From assembly GCA_045862955.1 (NCBI GenBank), contig BTVI01000022.1:1-57812 (forward strand): a stretch of 57,812 bases of DNA. The letters run 5' to 3'. The first letter of the stretch is position 1; each line of letters begins with the position of its first letter. The position numbers were made by a program, and so were the translations under genes. The notes below the pieces were generated by a model that saw only the letters and a list, made by a program, of their open reading frames with translations, was not told the DNA's origin and made no database searches. This DNA comes from Fimbriimonadales bacterium. GTDB lineage: Bacteria; Armatimonadota; Fimbriimonadia; Fimbriimonadales; JABRVX01. Below, piece by piece: positions 1 through 9,002 of this stretch.

Positions 1-44
1 TGGAACGACAGCCCTCGCAGGCAAGACGCGCGCGGTGGGCGATC

Positions 45-379
45 GCATGCTTCGACAAGCTCAGCATGACGAGGCGATTGCATAGCAGCCGTCGCAGGCG
101 GGACGTGGGCGGTCGGAGAGCGCATGCTTCGACAAGCTCAGAATGACGAGGCGATTGCATAGCAGCCGTCGCAGGCGGGACGTGGGCGGTGGGAGAGCGC
201 ATGCTTCGACAAGCTCAGCATGACGAGGCGATTGCACGACAGCCATCGCAGGCGAGACGTGGGCGGTCGGAGAGCGCATGCTTCGACAGGCTCAGCATGA
301 CGAGACGATTGCATAGCAGCCGTCGCAGGCGGGACGTGGGCGGTCGGAGAGCGCATGCTTCGACAAGCTCAGCATGACG
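45..379. repeat. Tandem array, 77-bp period, each unit carrying the REP-like core catgcttcgacaagctcagcatgacg
   Basis: gcatgcttcgac starts at 45, 122, 199, 276, 353; the intervening ~51 bp are near-identical between units. Confidence 0.95.
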
Positions 380-564
380 GTCAGGGGTTGTTCCGCGAGT
401 ACGTGCTCGCTGGCGTGACGTACGGCAGCAGATAGGCCCCTAATGATCTGCCGTTTGGCACTGCCAGGCTATCATACGTTATTGTAGCCCAGCCCGTGAC
501 CGCATCCTCACCATTGCGAGTGGGTAGGCATACAACGCGTCGCCCATCGTCCCGGAAGAGCCAA

Positions 565-605
565 CCCTCACCCCGACCCTCTCCCTTGGGAAGGGAGAGG
601 GAGGG
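565..605. repeat. Second REP-like family hairpin (ccctcaccccgaccctctccc...gggagaggg)
   Basis: ccctctccctt/aagggagaggg inverted repeat; same family recurs in reverse orientation three times at ~39.5-40.1 kb. Confidence 0.8.
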
Positions 606-607
606 TA

Positions 608-982
608 TCACGCTTCCACGATGGTGATTTGCGCACCGCAGGACGAGCACATAGCGGTGCATTCGGTGTAACCTTCTTAGGGATTCCGCGAACTGCTGTC
701 CCGCACGCTAAGAAGCTCCAGCCCGCCGCTGCATCGTGTCAGGGTCTACTTGCGGCGACGCAGTTCATGTCCGATGCCGAACGCGATATCGGAAAGCACG
801 AAGGATGCGACGACAAGCTCGAAACCGCGCATCAGGCCCGTCAGAAGCCCGCCCCCGAAGACCATCTCCGCTGTGCTCGCCTAACCACCCGGTGCGAAGA
901 GAGCGCTGAGCACGCAGAGCATCGCCGCCAGCTGCGTGTTACGTCGTGCGGCCCGATTGGCGAGCGGGCGCTCGTGCATCAT
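608..982 (-). pseudogene. Decayed tandem paralog of the 979-1488 membrane/zinc-ribbon gene
   Basis: Minus frame reads [15 protein letters not shown]...LLSVRDSSSRNP*EGYTECTAMCSSCGAQITIVEA, matching [35 protein letters not shown] of the neighbour; in-frame stops at 881-883, 746-748, 677-679; ATGA overlap with upstream stop. Confidence 0.85.
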
Positions 983-1488
983 GCATCCACCACGGTGCTC
1001 TCGAGGCCGCAGCTGGGGCAACGATAGAGGTACTCCGTGTAGCCTTCCTCGGGGTTATGCGGGTTGCTGTCACGAACGCTGATTAGGACCAGGCTGCGGC
1101 GACACACCCTACACCGTGTCGCTGCACTCACCCGCCGATGTAGGCCGTAGGCCGTCCCCCATGCCATAGCCGCGAGGCAGAAAGGAAGGACCGCACTGAT
1201 GAGGGCGCAAGGCGTTAGCAGAATGCCGAGCGTCGGGTCTCCGGACAGCCAGGGGCCCATTACTTCGAAAAGTCCCCACAGCAGGAATATCCCACCTATG
1301 ATGTCGAGGACGACAGCCCAGGTCTGATTGCGCCGTAGGGCTTTGTTCACGAGTGGGCCGCGCATCCTCGGAGGGGGAGGCGGCGTTGCAGACGGCTGTT
1401 CCTGCAACGCGGCGTTGCACCATTCGCAGCGGCCGCTGCTCGACAGCGTCTCGCGTCCGCACGCGGGGCAAGGTTCACGCACTAGCAT
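979..1488 (-). CDS. Hypothetical membrane protein with four CxxC motifs (N- and C-terminal zinc ribbons) and two hydrophobic segments
   Basis: CPAC, CEWC, CRVC, CPSC; Pro-rich linker; aggagg RBS upstream. Confidence 0.8.
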   Translation of the reverse strand: MLVREPCPACGRETLSSSGRCEWCNAALQEQPSATPPPPPRMRGPLVNKALRRNQTWAVVLDIIGGIFLLWGLFEVMGPWLSGDPTLGILLTPCALISAVLPFCLAAMAWGTAYGLHRRVSAATRCRVCRRSLVLISVRDSNPHNPEEGYTEYLYRCPSCGLESTVVDA

Positions 1489-1549
1489 CGTGACCTCCTT
1501 GCGTCATCTTATCACAGTGCGCGCGCGATTCCTGCGGTAGAATGTCGCT

Positions 1550-2566
1550 ATGAGCGCCAAGGATCTGCGGGAGCGACTCGCCGGGGTCCCGCGCACTGCC
1601 TTCTGCCAGCTTCCGACACCACTCCACCCCCTCACCCGCCTGTCGGAGCGGCTCGGTGGGCCGGAGCTTTGGATCAAACGAGACGACATGACCGGTTTCG
1701 GCATGGGCGGAAACAAGAGCCGCAAGCTGGAGTTCTTGATGGGTGCGGCGCTAGCGGACAGCGCGACCGACATCATCACCTGCGGCGCCCAGCAGAGCAA
1801 CCACGCGCGGCAGACTGCGGCCGCGGCTGCCGCGTGCGGGCTGCCCTGCAGGCTGCTGCTCACTGGCGGTCCACCCACTGGAACGGGCAACCAGACGCTC
1901 TTCGATTGGCTGGGCGCGGAAGTGGAGTATCTCGGAGCCATCTCGTGGGGTGACCTGCGGAGGGCCTCCGAGGCGCTGCGAGAGAGGCTGGCGGCAGAAG
2001 GCAGGAAGCCCTATCTGATCCCGGTAGGTGGATCCACCCCGCTGGGAGCGCTGGGCTACGTAAGTGCAGCGCTGGAGATTCTCGAGCAGGGCGAATGGTT
2101 CGACCGCATCTATCACGCCAGCAGCAGTCTCAGCACTCAGGCCGGGTTGGTTGCGGGCCTGAAGCTGGCGGGTTCTGAGATGCCCGTTACCGGCGTGCTG
2201 GTGGACCTCACTCGTCCGCCGGAGCCGTATCTCGCGACGCTTGCCAACGGCATATGCGAGTTGCTGGGGCTACCGTCCTCATTCGGTGAGGCAGACTTCT
2301 GCTGCGACGCGACGCACATCGGCGACGGATACGCTATCCCATCGCGAGAGGGTATCGAGGCCATCCGTCTTCTGGCGCGCACGGAGGGCATATTCCTGGA
2401 TCCGGTTTACTCGGGCAAGGCGTTCGCCGGGCTACTCGAGGACATTCGGCAGGGCAAGGTGGGTCGCGAGGAGAAGGTGCTGTTCTGGCACACGGGCGGT
2501 GGCCCCGTTCTATTCGCCCAGGAGTACGTCGGCCTCGCCCGCTGTCATAATCTGCACGTCCAGTAA
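1550..2566 (+). CDS. D-cysteine desulfhydrase / ACC deaminase family PLP enzyme
   Basis: [22 protein letters not shown] (PLP lysine), [25 protein letters not shown]. Confidence 0.92.
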   Translation: MSAKDLRERLAGVPRTAFCQLPTPLHPLTRLSERLGGPELWIKRDDMTGFGMGGNKSRKLEFLMGAALADSATDIITCGAQQSNHARQTAAAAAACGLPCRLLLTGGPPTGTGNQTLFDWLGAEVEYLGAISWGDLRRASEALRERLAAEGRKPYLIPVGGSTPLGALGYVSAALEILEQGEWFDRIYHASSSLSTQAGLVAGLKLAGSEMPVTGVLVDLTRPPEPYLATLANGICELLGLPSSFGEADFCCDATHIGDGYAIPSREGIEAIRLLARTEGIFLDPVYSGKAFAGLLEDIRQGKVGREEKVLFWHTGGGPVLFAQEYVGLARCHNLHVQ

Positions 2567-2605
2567 CGCTGCGCAACGTCGCGCTGGTATAGGAGAGGTT
2601 TCGAG

Positions 2606-3736
2606 ATGAGAATCGGAGTTCCGCGCGAGCGGAAGGCGGACGAATACCGTGTCGGAATGACCCCGGCGGGCGTCGAAGCCCTCGTCAAGCACGGTCATCA
2701 AGTCGTCATCGAGGACGGCGCGGGCAGTGGTACGCACGTAGAGAACGCCGAGTACGAGGCGGCCGGAGCCAAGATCGGCACCGTCGAAGAGGTTTGGAGC
2801 ACCTCCGAGATGGTCGTGAAGGTGAAGGAACCCCTGCCTGAGGAATACCCCCGCATCCGGCCAGGTCAGATCCTGTTTACCTACTTCCACTTCGCGGCGA
2901 GCGAGGAGTTGACTCGGGCGATGGTGGACTCGGGGGCCATCTGCATCGCCTACGAGACCGTCGAGCTGCCGAATGGAGACCTGCCGTTGCTTATCCCCAT
3001 GAGCGAGGTGGCCGGTCGCCTGGCAGTGCAGGCGGGAGCGAAGTACCTCGAGCGCCCGTTCGGGGGACGTGGGGTGCTGCTGAGCGGAGTGCCCGGCGTG
3101 AGACCTGCTACCGTTACGATCATCGGCGGCGGGGTGGTAGGTATCAATGCTGCCAAAGTAGCTGCGGGTTTCGGTGCGAACGTTCATATCTTGGATGTGG
3201 ATCTGCCGAGGCTGCGGTACTTAGACGACGTAATGGGCCACAACGTCTCCACCATCTACTCCACTCCCCAGGCAATCCGAAAGCTACTGCCCGAGACCGA
3301 CCTGCTGATCGGCGCCGTGTACCTAACAGGCACGCGCACCCCGGTGCTATTGCCACGTGACATGCTGAAACTGATGCGGCCCGGATCTTTGTTAGTGGAC
3401 GTGTGCGTGGACCAGGGTGGGATGGCCGAGACGACACGTCCGACGACGCACTCCAACCCTACCTACGTGGTGGACGGCGTCGTTCACTACTGCGTGGCTA
3501 ACATGCCCGGAGCGGTGGCGGAGACTTCCACCTACGCGCTGACGAACGCTACCACTCCTTATGTCGTTCAGCTTGCCGACAAGGGCTACCCGAAGGCGCT
3601 GTTGGAGAACCCCGCACTCGCGAAGGGCCTCAACGTGGCAGGCGGCAAGGTAACCCTCGCTTCCATAGCGGAGCAGTTCGGTTACCCATACGTCAAGCCG
3701 GAGGAGGTTCTTGCTTCGAACGCCTCGATGGCGTGA
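2606..3736 (+). CDS. ald: Alanine dehydrogenase
   Basis: MRIGVPRE, EYRVGMTP, VKVKEP, LLIPMSEVAGR, IIGGGVVG, DQGG, HYCVANMPGAV. Confidence 0.97.
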   Translation: MRIGVPRERKADEYRVGMTPAGVEALVKHGHQVVIEDGAGSGTHVENAEYEAAGAKIGTVEEVWSTSEMVVKVKEPLPEEYPRIRPGQILFTYFHFAASEELTRAMVDSGAICIAYETVELPNGDLPLLIPMSEVAGRLAVQAGAKYLERPFGGRGVLLSGVPGVRPATVTIIGGGVVGINAAKVAAGFGANVHILDVDLPRLRYLDDVMGHNVSTIYSTPQAIRKLLPETDLLIGAVYLTGTRTPVLLPRDMLKLMRPGSLLVDVCVDQGGMAETTRPTTHSNPTYVVDGVVHYCVANMPGAVAETSTYALTNATTPYVVQLADKGYPKALLENPALAKGLNVAGGKVTLASIAEQFGYPYVKPEEVLASNASMA

Positions 3737-3912
3737 GATGCGCGCACTGAGTACCTTGCAGCGCCCTTCGCGAGACAGCGGAGGGCGCCTGCTGTTCGGC
3801 TGGGCCGACCCTGACCAGGTAGACTGGCAATGAGCGACGTGGAGGGTGTCCCTTCCGCCGACGCCGGCTGCTCTGCATCGGCGGCAAGGCGGCCCACGGA
3901 TGGAGTGATCCT

Positions 3913-4707
3913 ATGGAAGGTTTGGAAGCCGCTGTCACCTTCGAGGACTTCGGGTGGTTGGATCCGGTGTTCATCCGCGAGGTCCTATGGAAGGACCTGG
4001 GGAAGCAGCACCGGCTGCCAGAAGAGTATCGGATCGGTCTCCGCACCTGGGCCGCCGCCATCAGCCATGCGCCCCTGGCGGTCGCCAACCGACTAACCAT
4101 CAACGCACCCGAGGAACTGAGAGTCAAGCTGGGCTCGCTGGTGATATATGAGAAGCCCACTCGAGAAGAGGCCGTAGCAGCACAGCGACTGATCACCGAG
4201 CTATACGGCCCGGACCTGATGCGCCACACACGGTTCGCTTTCGCGGTCCGCGAGGAATCCCGAGTGTACGGCAAGCCGACGGCGTCGAAGCTGCCAGAGG
4301 TGCTGGACCTTCACGATGTCGCCTTGCTGGATACGCGGGGAGTGGAGGCTGCGGAGCAATTTGCAGGAGCGGCAAACCCCGCGTATGGGCTGGTATCGGA
4401 CCTGGCTGCACTCCGCAGTGTCTACCGCTTGATGATGGAGCACGAGTCGGACGCACTTCGAGCCGCCCTCGGCACTCCGAGCCAGGTCGCGCTACCGACG
4501 GGACGCGTGCACGTCGTTCGAGCTCGGGCTTCCGACCTGTTGCAGGCGGAGGCGGGATCGGAGGCTCTGTTGGAGTTGTCCAGGGTGCTGTCCACCGACG
4601 GGTGCTTAGCCGTAGAGGACGAGCCCGAGGAAATAGCGCGGGTAGTGGCAAAACATCCTCGTTTCGAACGGCGTTCGCAGGTCATCGCGGTTCTCGCGCG
4701 TGAGTAG
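3913..4707 (+). CDS. Hypothetical protein
   Basis: 264-aa ORF, ggag RBS, protein-like composition, co-oriented with neighbours; no motif recognised. Confidence 0.7.
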   Translation: MEGLEAAVTFEDFGWLDPVFIREVLWKDLGKQHRLPEEYRIGLRTWAAAISHAPLAVANRLTINAPEELRVKLGSLVIYEKPTREEAVAAQRLITELYGPDLMRHTRFAFAVREESRVYGKPTASKLPEVLDLHDVALLDTRGVEAAEQFAGAANPAYGLVSDLAALRSVYRLMMEHESDALRAALGTPSQVALPTGRVHVVRARASDLLQAEAGSEALLELSRVLSTDGCLAVEDEPEEIARVVAKHPRFERRSQVIAVLARE

Positions 4708-4752
4708 TTTCTCGGCGAGCGTTTCGGCCGAACCTCGGATACAATGGGCTGC

Positions 4753-7485
4753 GTGATGAGAACACGCGCAATCCTCCTGGTCTTGACCCTTTTCGCCGCA
4801 TCCTGCCTCGCCATGGCGCAGTCGCAGCCCCCGCCGACCGCGGTAGACACCCTCGCCGATCTGCTCTCCGTGGGCAAGTCGGGGCGCGGTGGGCCCAGCA
4901 TTCAGTCCGACTCGTTTCCTTTCCCTGCGAGGGTCACGGTGCATCCGGACCGAGGTTGGCTTCACGGCGAGCGGTCCGACTTCCGCGATCCCGGCCCTGG
5001 GCTGGAAGCGACCGAAGACCCCGGAACTCTGCGACTTGCGCCCCTTAGCACGCAGACCTTTTTGAGCCGCGACTTTTCCGACGGTCTCCAGGGCATGACG
5101 ACCACCGGCGCCTTCCGAGTTGCCTACGATCCGACGGAGGGCTACCATGGCCTCGGAGCAGCACGGGTGTACTCCATCAGCTCCGGCAGCGGCACCATTG
5201 TGCTGTGCAATCAGGAGTATGACCCTCAGGTATATCCCGAGTTCGAGTTGTACTACAAGGCGGAGTGGGGATTCCCCGGTTATACGCTGTATGCCAGGGT
5301 GAAGGTCGGGATGGTGACGTACACCCTCAACCTGCTCGACATCAGGGATCGGGGAGAAGACGGTGCGCCGATGTACGACTCGCGATGGCACCGACTTCGC
5401 CTGGACATCGGGTCGCTGCTATCCGCGAGAGGCTACCCCACGGCGCGGGTGGTTAGCTTGTACCTCTCCAACAGCACCCCCGGGCCCGGGCCACAGATGT
5501 GGCTGGACGACGTGCGCATCTTCGGGGCGGAGTACTCCGAGTATGCAGACTACGTTTCTCCTGCACATCGGCTGCCCATGCCGAAGGAGTTCGACACGCT
5601 CTACTGGGCGAAGGCACGAATGCCATGGTGGCCCAAGGCATCCGTGGTATTCGGTGATGCGCCTACTACCCTCAAGTTCCAGATGCGCTCTGCAGGCACG
5701 TATGCGGAACTTTCATCGGCGACTTGGCTGGGTCCGACATCGGCCGAGGACTGGTATGAGGCGGACGACCTTCTGATGGGTCAGGCACCCATCAACCCGG
5801 CACACAACGGAGATAGCTGGATTCAGGTACGTGTGCGACTGGGCTCCTCGCCCGATAGGAAGCATACGCCGGTGCTGGAAGACTTCTGTGTAACGTGGGG
5901 TGAGGCGAACACGTGGGACGTGCTGATGCTGCTGTTTCGCTCGATAGACGCCGATTACGTGGACGGCAACGGCAACCCCGGTCACGAGACGTACACGATG
6001 CCTCAGAGCTACGTGGATGACTTGCTGCTGCAGTGGCGCTTCTTCATGATCTACGGTCCACGCTTCTTGCACTATCAGATGAAGTTCCGCGATCAGGTAG
6101 AGGTTATCGAGACTCCACTCACCGAAGCACACCTGAGCGACGGGCCAGGCTCGTACGTGGTGGATGCTACCCGCGCTCTCCCCCTGTACCAGCAGTGGAC
6201 CGGCGCCGGCAAGTGGGACTCTATCATGATGCACTTCCGCTGGGAGAAGGTCCCTTTCCCGGCCTGGGGTATCGCATGGTGGCCCAACTTCCTCGTGGGT
6301 GGGGCGGCCATGACTCAGATTATCTACCTCGGCCCACAGTATCCGCACCACGAGGTGATGCTGCACGAGTGGATGCACTCTTTCGCCTGGACGATTGCCG
6401 ATAGGACCGACACGTTCGTACCGCATCCTCACACGGATAACGATCCGGAGTGGGACGGGACAGGGCTAACCAGCATGGACTACTACTACCATTGCCTGGT
6501 ATACCACGGAGACAGCGTCACCTATGCTGGAGTGGACCTGGTGGACCCCGTGCAGTCGGGCTACGAAAGGCAGTGGCTGACGCTGGGGTCTTTCACGTTC
6601 ACATCGGGACAGGATGGACTGCGGATCGACTGGATTGACGAGGCTAATGCGAACCCATGGTATGGTGATAGCGCTGGTGGCAGTACCTGGTCGCTCATCA
6701 CATCTTCTAGCGACTTCATCAATCTGCGGGCTCGCTACGGAACCGGCAACCGAGTGGCTTACGGCGGCCTGTATTTGCATTCTACCGAGGACCAGCTCGT
6801 GCGGCTGTGGACGGGCACCGATGACGGCTTTCGCCTGTGGTTGAACAACGAGCTGCTACGTGACAGGAAGGTGAACCGGGGAGCCAGTGCTAACAGCGAC
6901 TCGACCGGTCTTTTCCTGGGGGCGGGTTGGAACCACCTGCTGATCAAGGTCGAGAACACCGGCGGCGATTGGGGGTATTACGGCCGACTTGCAGAGCTGG
7001 AAGGGGGAACTCCCAGCGGCGTCACTGCCATGACTCAGCCCATCGGTTACAGTGGGTTCGAGACGGTTCGAGGGGCACTCTCGCTCGGCCCCTACACCGA
7101 CCCGACCCGCACGCGCGTGCGCATGGAGGTTCGACACAGCGCCACCGGCGAGGTGATGTGCGGACGATGGGTGATACCCGGTCCGAACGGCGAGTTTCTG
7201 CTGAGTCCGGTGCCGAAGGGCACTTGGACGCTGTGGGCCGGCGGGGCGCCGTGGCTGGGCAAGTCGCAGCCGCTGACGGTGACATCCGACATCACTGGGC
7301 TGAACGTGTCGCTCTTCGGCGGAGATGCGAACGATGACGGCGCGGTGGACCTACTGGACTTGCAGTTAGTGCTGCTCAACTACGGCCGTGTCGTGCCACA
7401 CGTCGACGTTGACGGTAGCGGGTCCGTGGACCTGGGCGATCTCAACATGGTACTGACATCGTTTGGCAGGGTCGGGGACCCGTAG
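4753..7485 (+). CDS. Secreted multidomain protein: HExxH metallopeptidase-like region, PA14-like beta domain, C-terminal dockerin-like EF-hand module
   Basis: Signal peptide RTRAILLVLTLFAASCLAMA; HEWMH; GTDDGFRLWLN...GWNHLLIKV; GDANDDGAVDLLDL and DVDGSGSVDLGDL; start at 4753 or 4756, TACAAT at 4740-4745. Confidence 0.85.
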   Translation: MMRTRAILLVLTLFAASCLAMAQSQPPPTAVDTLADLLSVGKSGRGGPSIQSDSFPFPARVTVHPDRGWLHGERSDFRDPGPGLEATEDPGTLRLAPLSTQTFLSRDFSDGLQGMTTTGAFRVAYDPTEGYHGLGAARVYSISSGSGTIVLCNQEYDPQVYPEFELYYKAEWGFPGYTLYARVKVGMVTYTLNLLDIRDRGEDGAPMYDSRWHRLRLDIGSLLSARGYPTARVVSLYLSNSTPGPGPQMWLDDVRIFGAEYSEYADYVSPAHRLPMPKEFDTLYWAKARMPWWPKASVVFGDAPTTLKFQMRSAGTYAELSSATWLGPTSAEDWYEADDLLMGQAPINPAHNGDSWIQVRVRLGSSPDRKHTPVLEDFCVTWGEANTWDVLMLLFRSIDADYVDGNGNPGHETYTMPQSYVDDLLLQWRFFMIYGPRFLHYQMKFRDQVEVIETPLTEAHLSDGPGSYVVDATRALPLYQQWTGAGKWDSIMMHFRWEKVPFPAWGIAWWPNFLVGGAAMTQIIYLGPQYPHHEVMLHEWMHSFAWTIADRTDTFVPHPHTDNDPEWDGTGLTSMDYYYHCLVYHGDSVTYAGVDLVDPVQSGYERQWLTLGSFTFTSGQDGLRIDWIDEANANPWYGDSAGGSTWSLITSSSDFINLRARYGTGNRVAYGGLYLHSTEDQLVRLWTGTDDGFRLWLNNELLRDRKVNRGASANSDSTGLFLGAGWNHLLIKVENTGGDWGYYGRLAELEGGTPSGVTAMTQPIGYSGFETVRGALSLGPYTDPTRTRVRMEVRHSATGEVMCGRWVIPGPNGEFLLSPVPKGTWTLWAGGAPWLGKSQPLTVTSDITGLNVSLFGGDANDDGAVDLLDLQLVLLNYGRVVPHVDVDGSGSVDLGDLNMVLTSFGRVGDP

Positions 7486-7561
7486 CGGGTTCGACATGCC
7501 CCCGCCGTGGGGTCGTGTCATGCCTCCGCCGCTCCCGCGGTAGAGGCAACGAGGTGCGGCC

Positions 7562-8990
7562 CGTCATGCTGAGCCTGTCGAAGCATGACCCCACCTGCCG
7601 CATGCTCTCTCGACCGAATACCACCATCGCTGCACTCCCCCGCATGCTTCGACAAGCTCAGCATGACGGTCTCGAAGCGAGTGGCCGGCCTTCTGGACGC
7701 TGGCGTCAGGAGATGCCTCGACCGTGGGGCCAGGTTATGTCTCCATCGCGGGATCAGGTGCTGCCCCAACCGTGGAAGGATCTGCTGCCTCCATCGTCGG
7801 GTCAGGTGATGCCACCATGGGGGGCAGCTGCTGCCTCGCGTGTAGGCGCGGCGGGGACAGCTAGGTGCCGCCATCCGTCATGCTGAGCCTGTCGAAGCAT
7901 GACCCCACCCGCCGCATGCTCTCTCGACCGAATACCACCATCGCTGCACTTCCCCGCATGCTTCGACAAGCTCAGCATGACGGTCTGGGAGCGCGTGGCC
8001 GGCCTTCTGGACGCTGGCATCAGGAGATGCCTCGACCGTGGGGTCAGGTTATGTCTCCATCGCGGGATCAGGTGCTGCCCCAACCTTGGGAGGATCTGCT
8101 GCCTCCATCGTCGGGTCAGGTGATGCCACCATGGGGGGCAGCTGCTGCCTCGCGTGTAGGCGCGGCGGGGGCAGCAAGGTACCGCCATCCGTCATGCTGA
8201 GCCTGTCGAAGCATGACCCCACCCGCCGCATGCTCTCTCGGCCGGATACCGCCATCGCTGCACTTCCCCGCATGCTTCGACAAGCTCAGCATGACGGTCT
8301 CGGAGCGCGTGGCCGCTCGGCTGGTTGTTAGTGTCAAAACGGCGGCTCCCGATGCCGAAACGTCACGGCATGGCCGGCTCCTGCCTCCGCCGCTTCCGAG
8401 GTGGGGCAGCAAGGTGACGTCCGTCATGCTTCGACAAGCTCAGCATGACGGTCACTCGCGGAGCGGCAGCGCAGCTGGTTGTTGGTGTCAAAACGGTGGC
8501 TCCCGATGCCGAACGTCAGGGCATGGCCGGCTCCTGCCCCGACCGCGGGGTCAGGTTATGTCTCCATCGCGGGAGCCGGTGCTGCCTCCACCCCGGGACC
8601 ATGTCATGCCACCGCCGTGGGATCAGGGGCTGTCACCATCGTGGGAGCCGGTGCTGCCTCCACCGTCGGGTCAGGTTGTGTCACCACCCTGAGGGCGGTG
8701 GAGGCAGCTAGATGACGCCATCCGTCATGCTGAGCCTGTCGAAGCATGACCCCACCCGCCGCATGCTCTCTCGACCAGATACCGCCATCGCTGCACTTCC
8801 CTGCATGCTTCGACAGGCTCAGCATGACGGTCTGGGAGCGCGTGGCCGGCCTTCTGGACACTGGCGTCAGGAGATGCCTCGACCACGGGACCATGTCATC
8901 CCACCAGCGCGGAAGCCGGTGCTGCCACCACCATGGGACCAGGTAATGCCCCCACCGTCGGGTCAGGTTGTGTCACCGCCGTAGGAGCGG
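7562..8990. repeat. Composite REP-like cluster: four inverted doublets (107 bp), 314-bp superunits, nested 24-bp minisatellite
   Basis: cgtcatgctgagcctgtcgaagcatg at 7562, 7876, 8190, 8723, each followed after ~55 bp by its reverse complement; lies between convergent genes. Confidence 0.95.
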
Positions 8991-9002
8991 TGGAGGCATC
9001 GG

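Noticed and set aside
45..379. CRISPR-like array (26-bp repeat, ~51-bp spacers)
   Set aside because: Spacers are near-identical to each other, the repeat occurs in both orientations across the window, and no cas genes are present
381..662. 93-aa minus-strand ORF
   Set aside because: Runs through a REP hairpin and overlaps the pseudogene; the 3' part might be a gene remnant but nothing is recognisable
629..1027. 132-aa plus-strand ORF
   Set aside because: Antisense shadow of the minus-strand pseudogene
7442..8984. Many short ORFs containing MLSLSKH, MLRQAQHD or FDKLSMT (also at 0-0.4, 39-41, 51-52 and 54 kb)
   Set aside because: These are translations of the palindromic repeat in different frames, with no RBS or domain evidence
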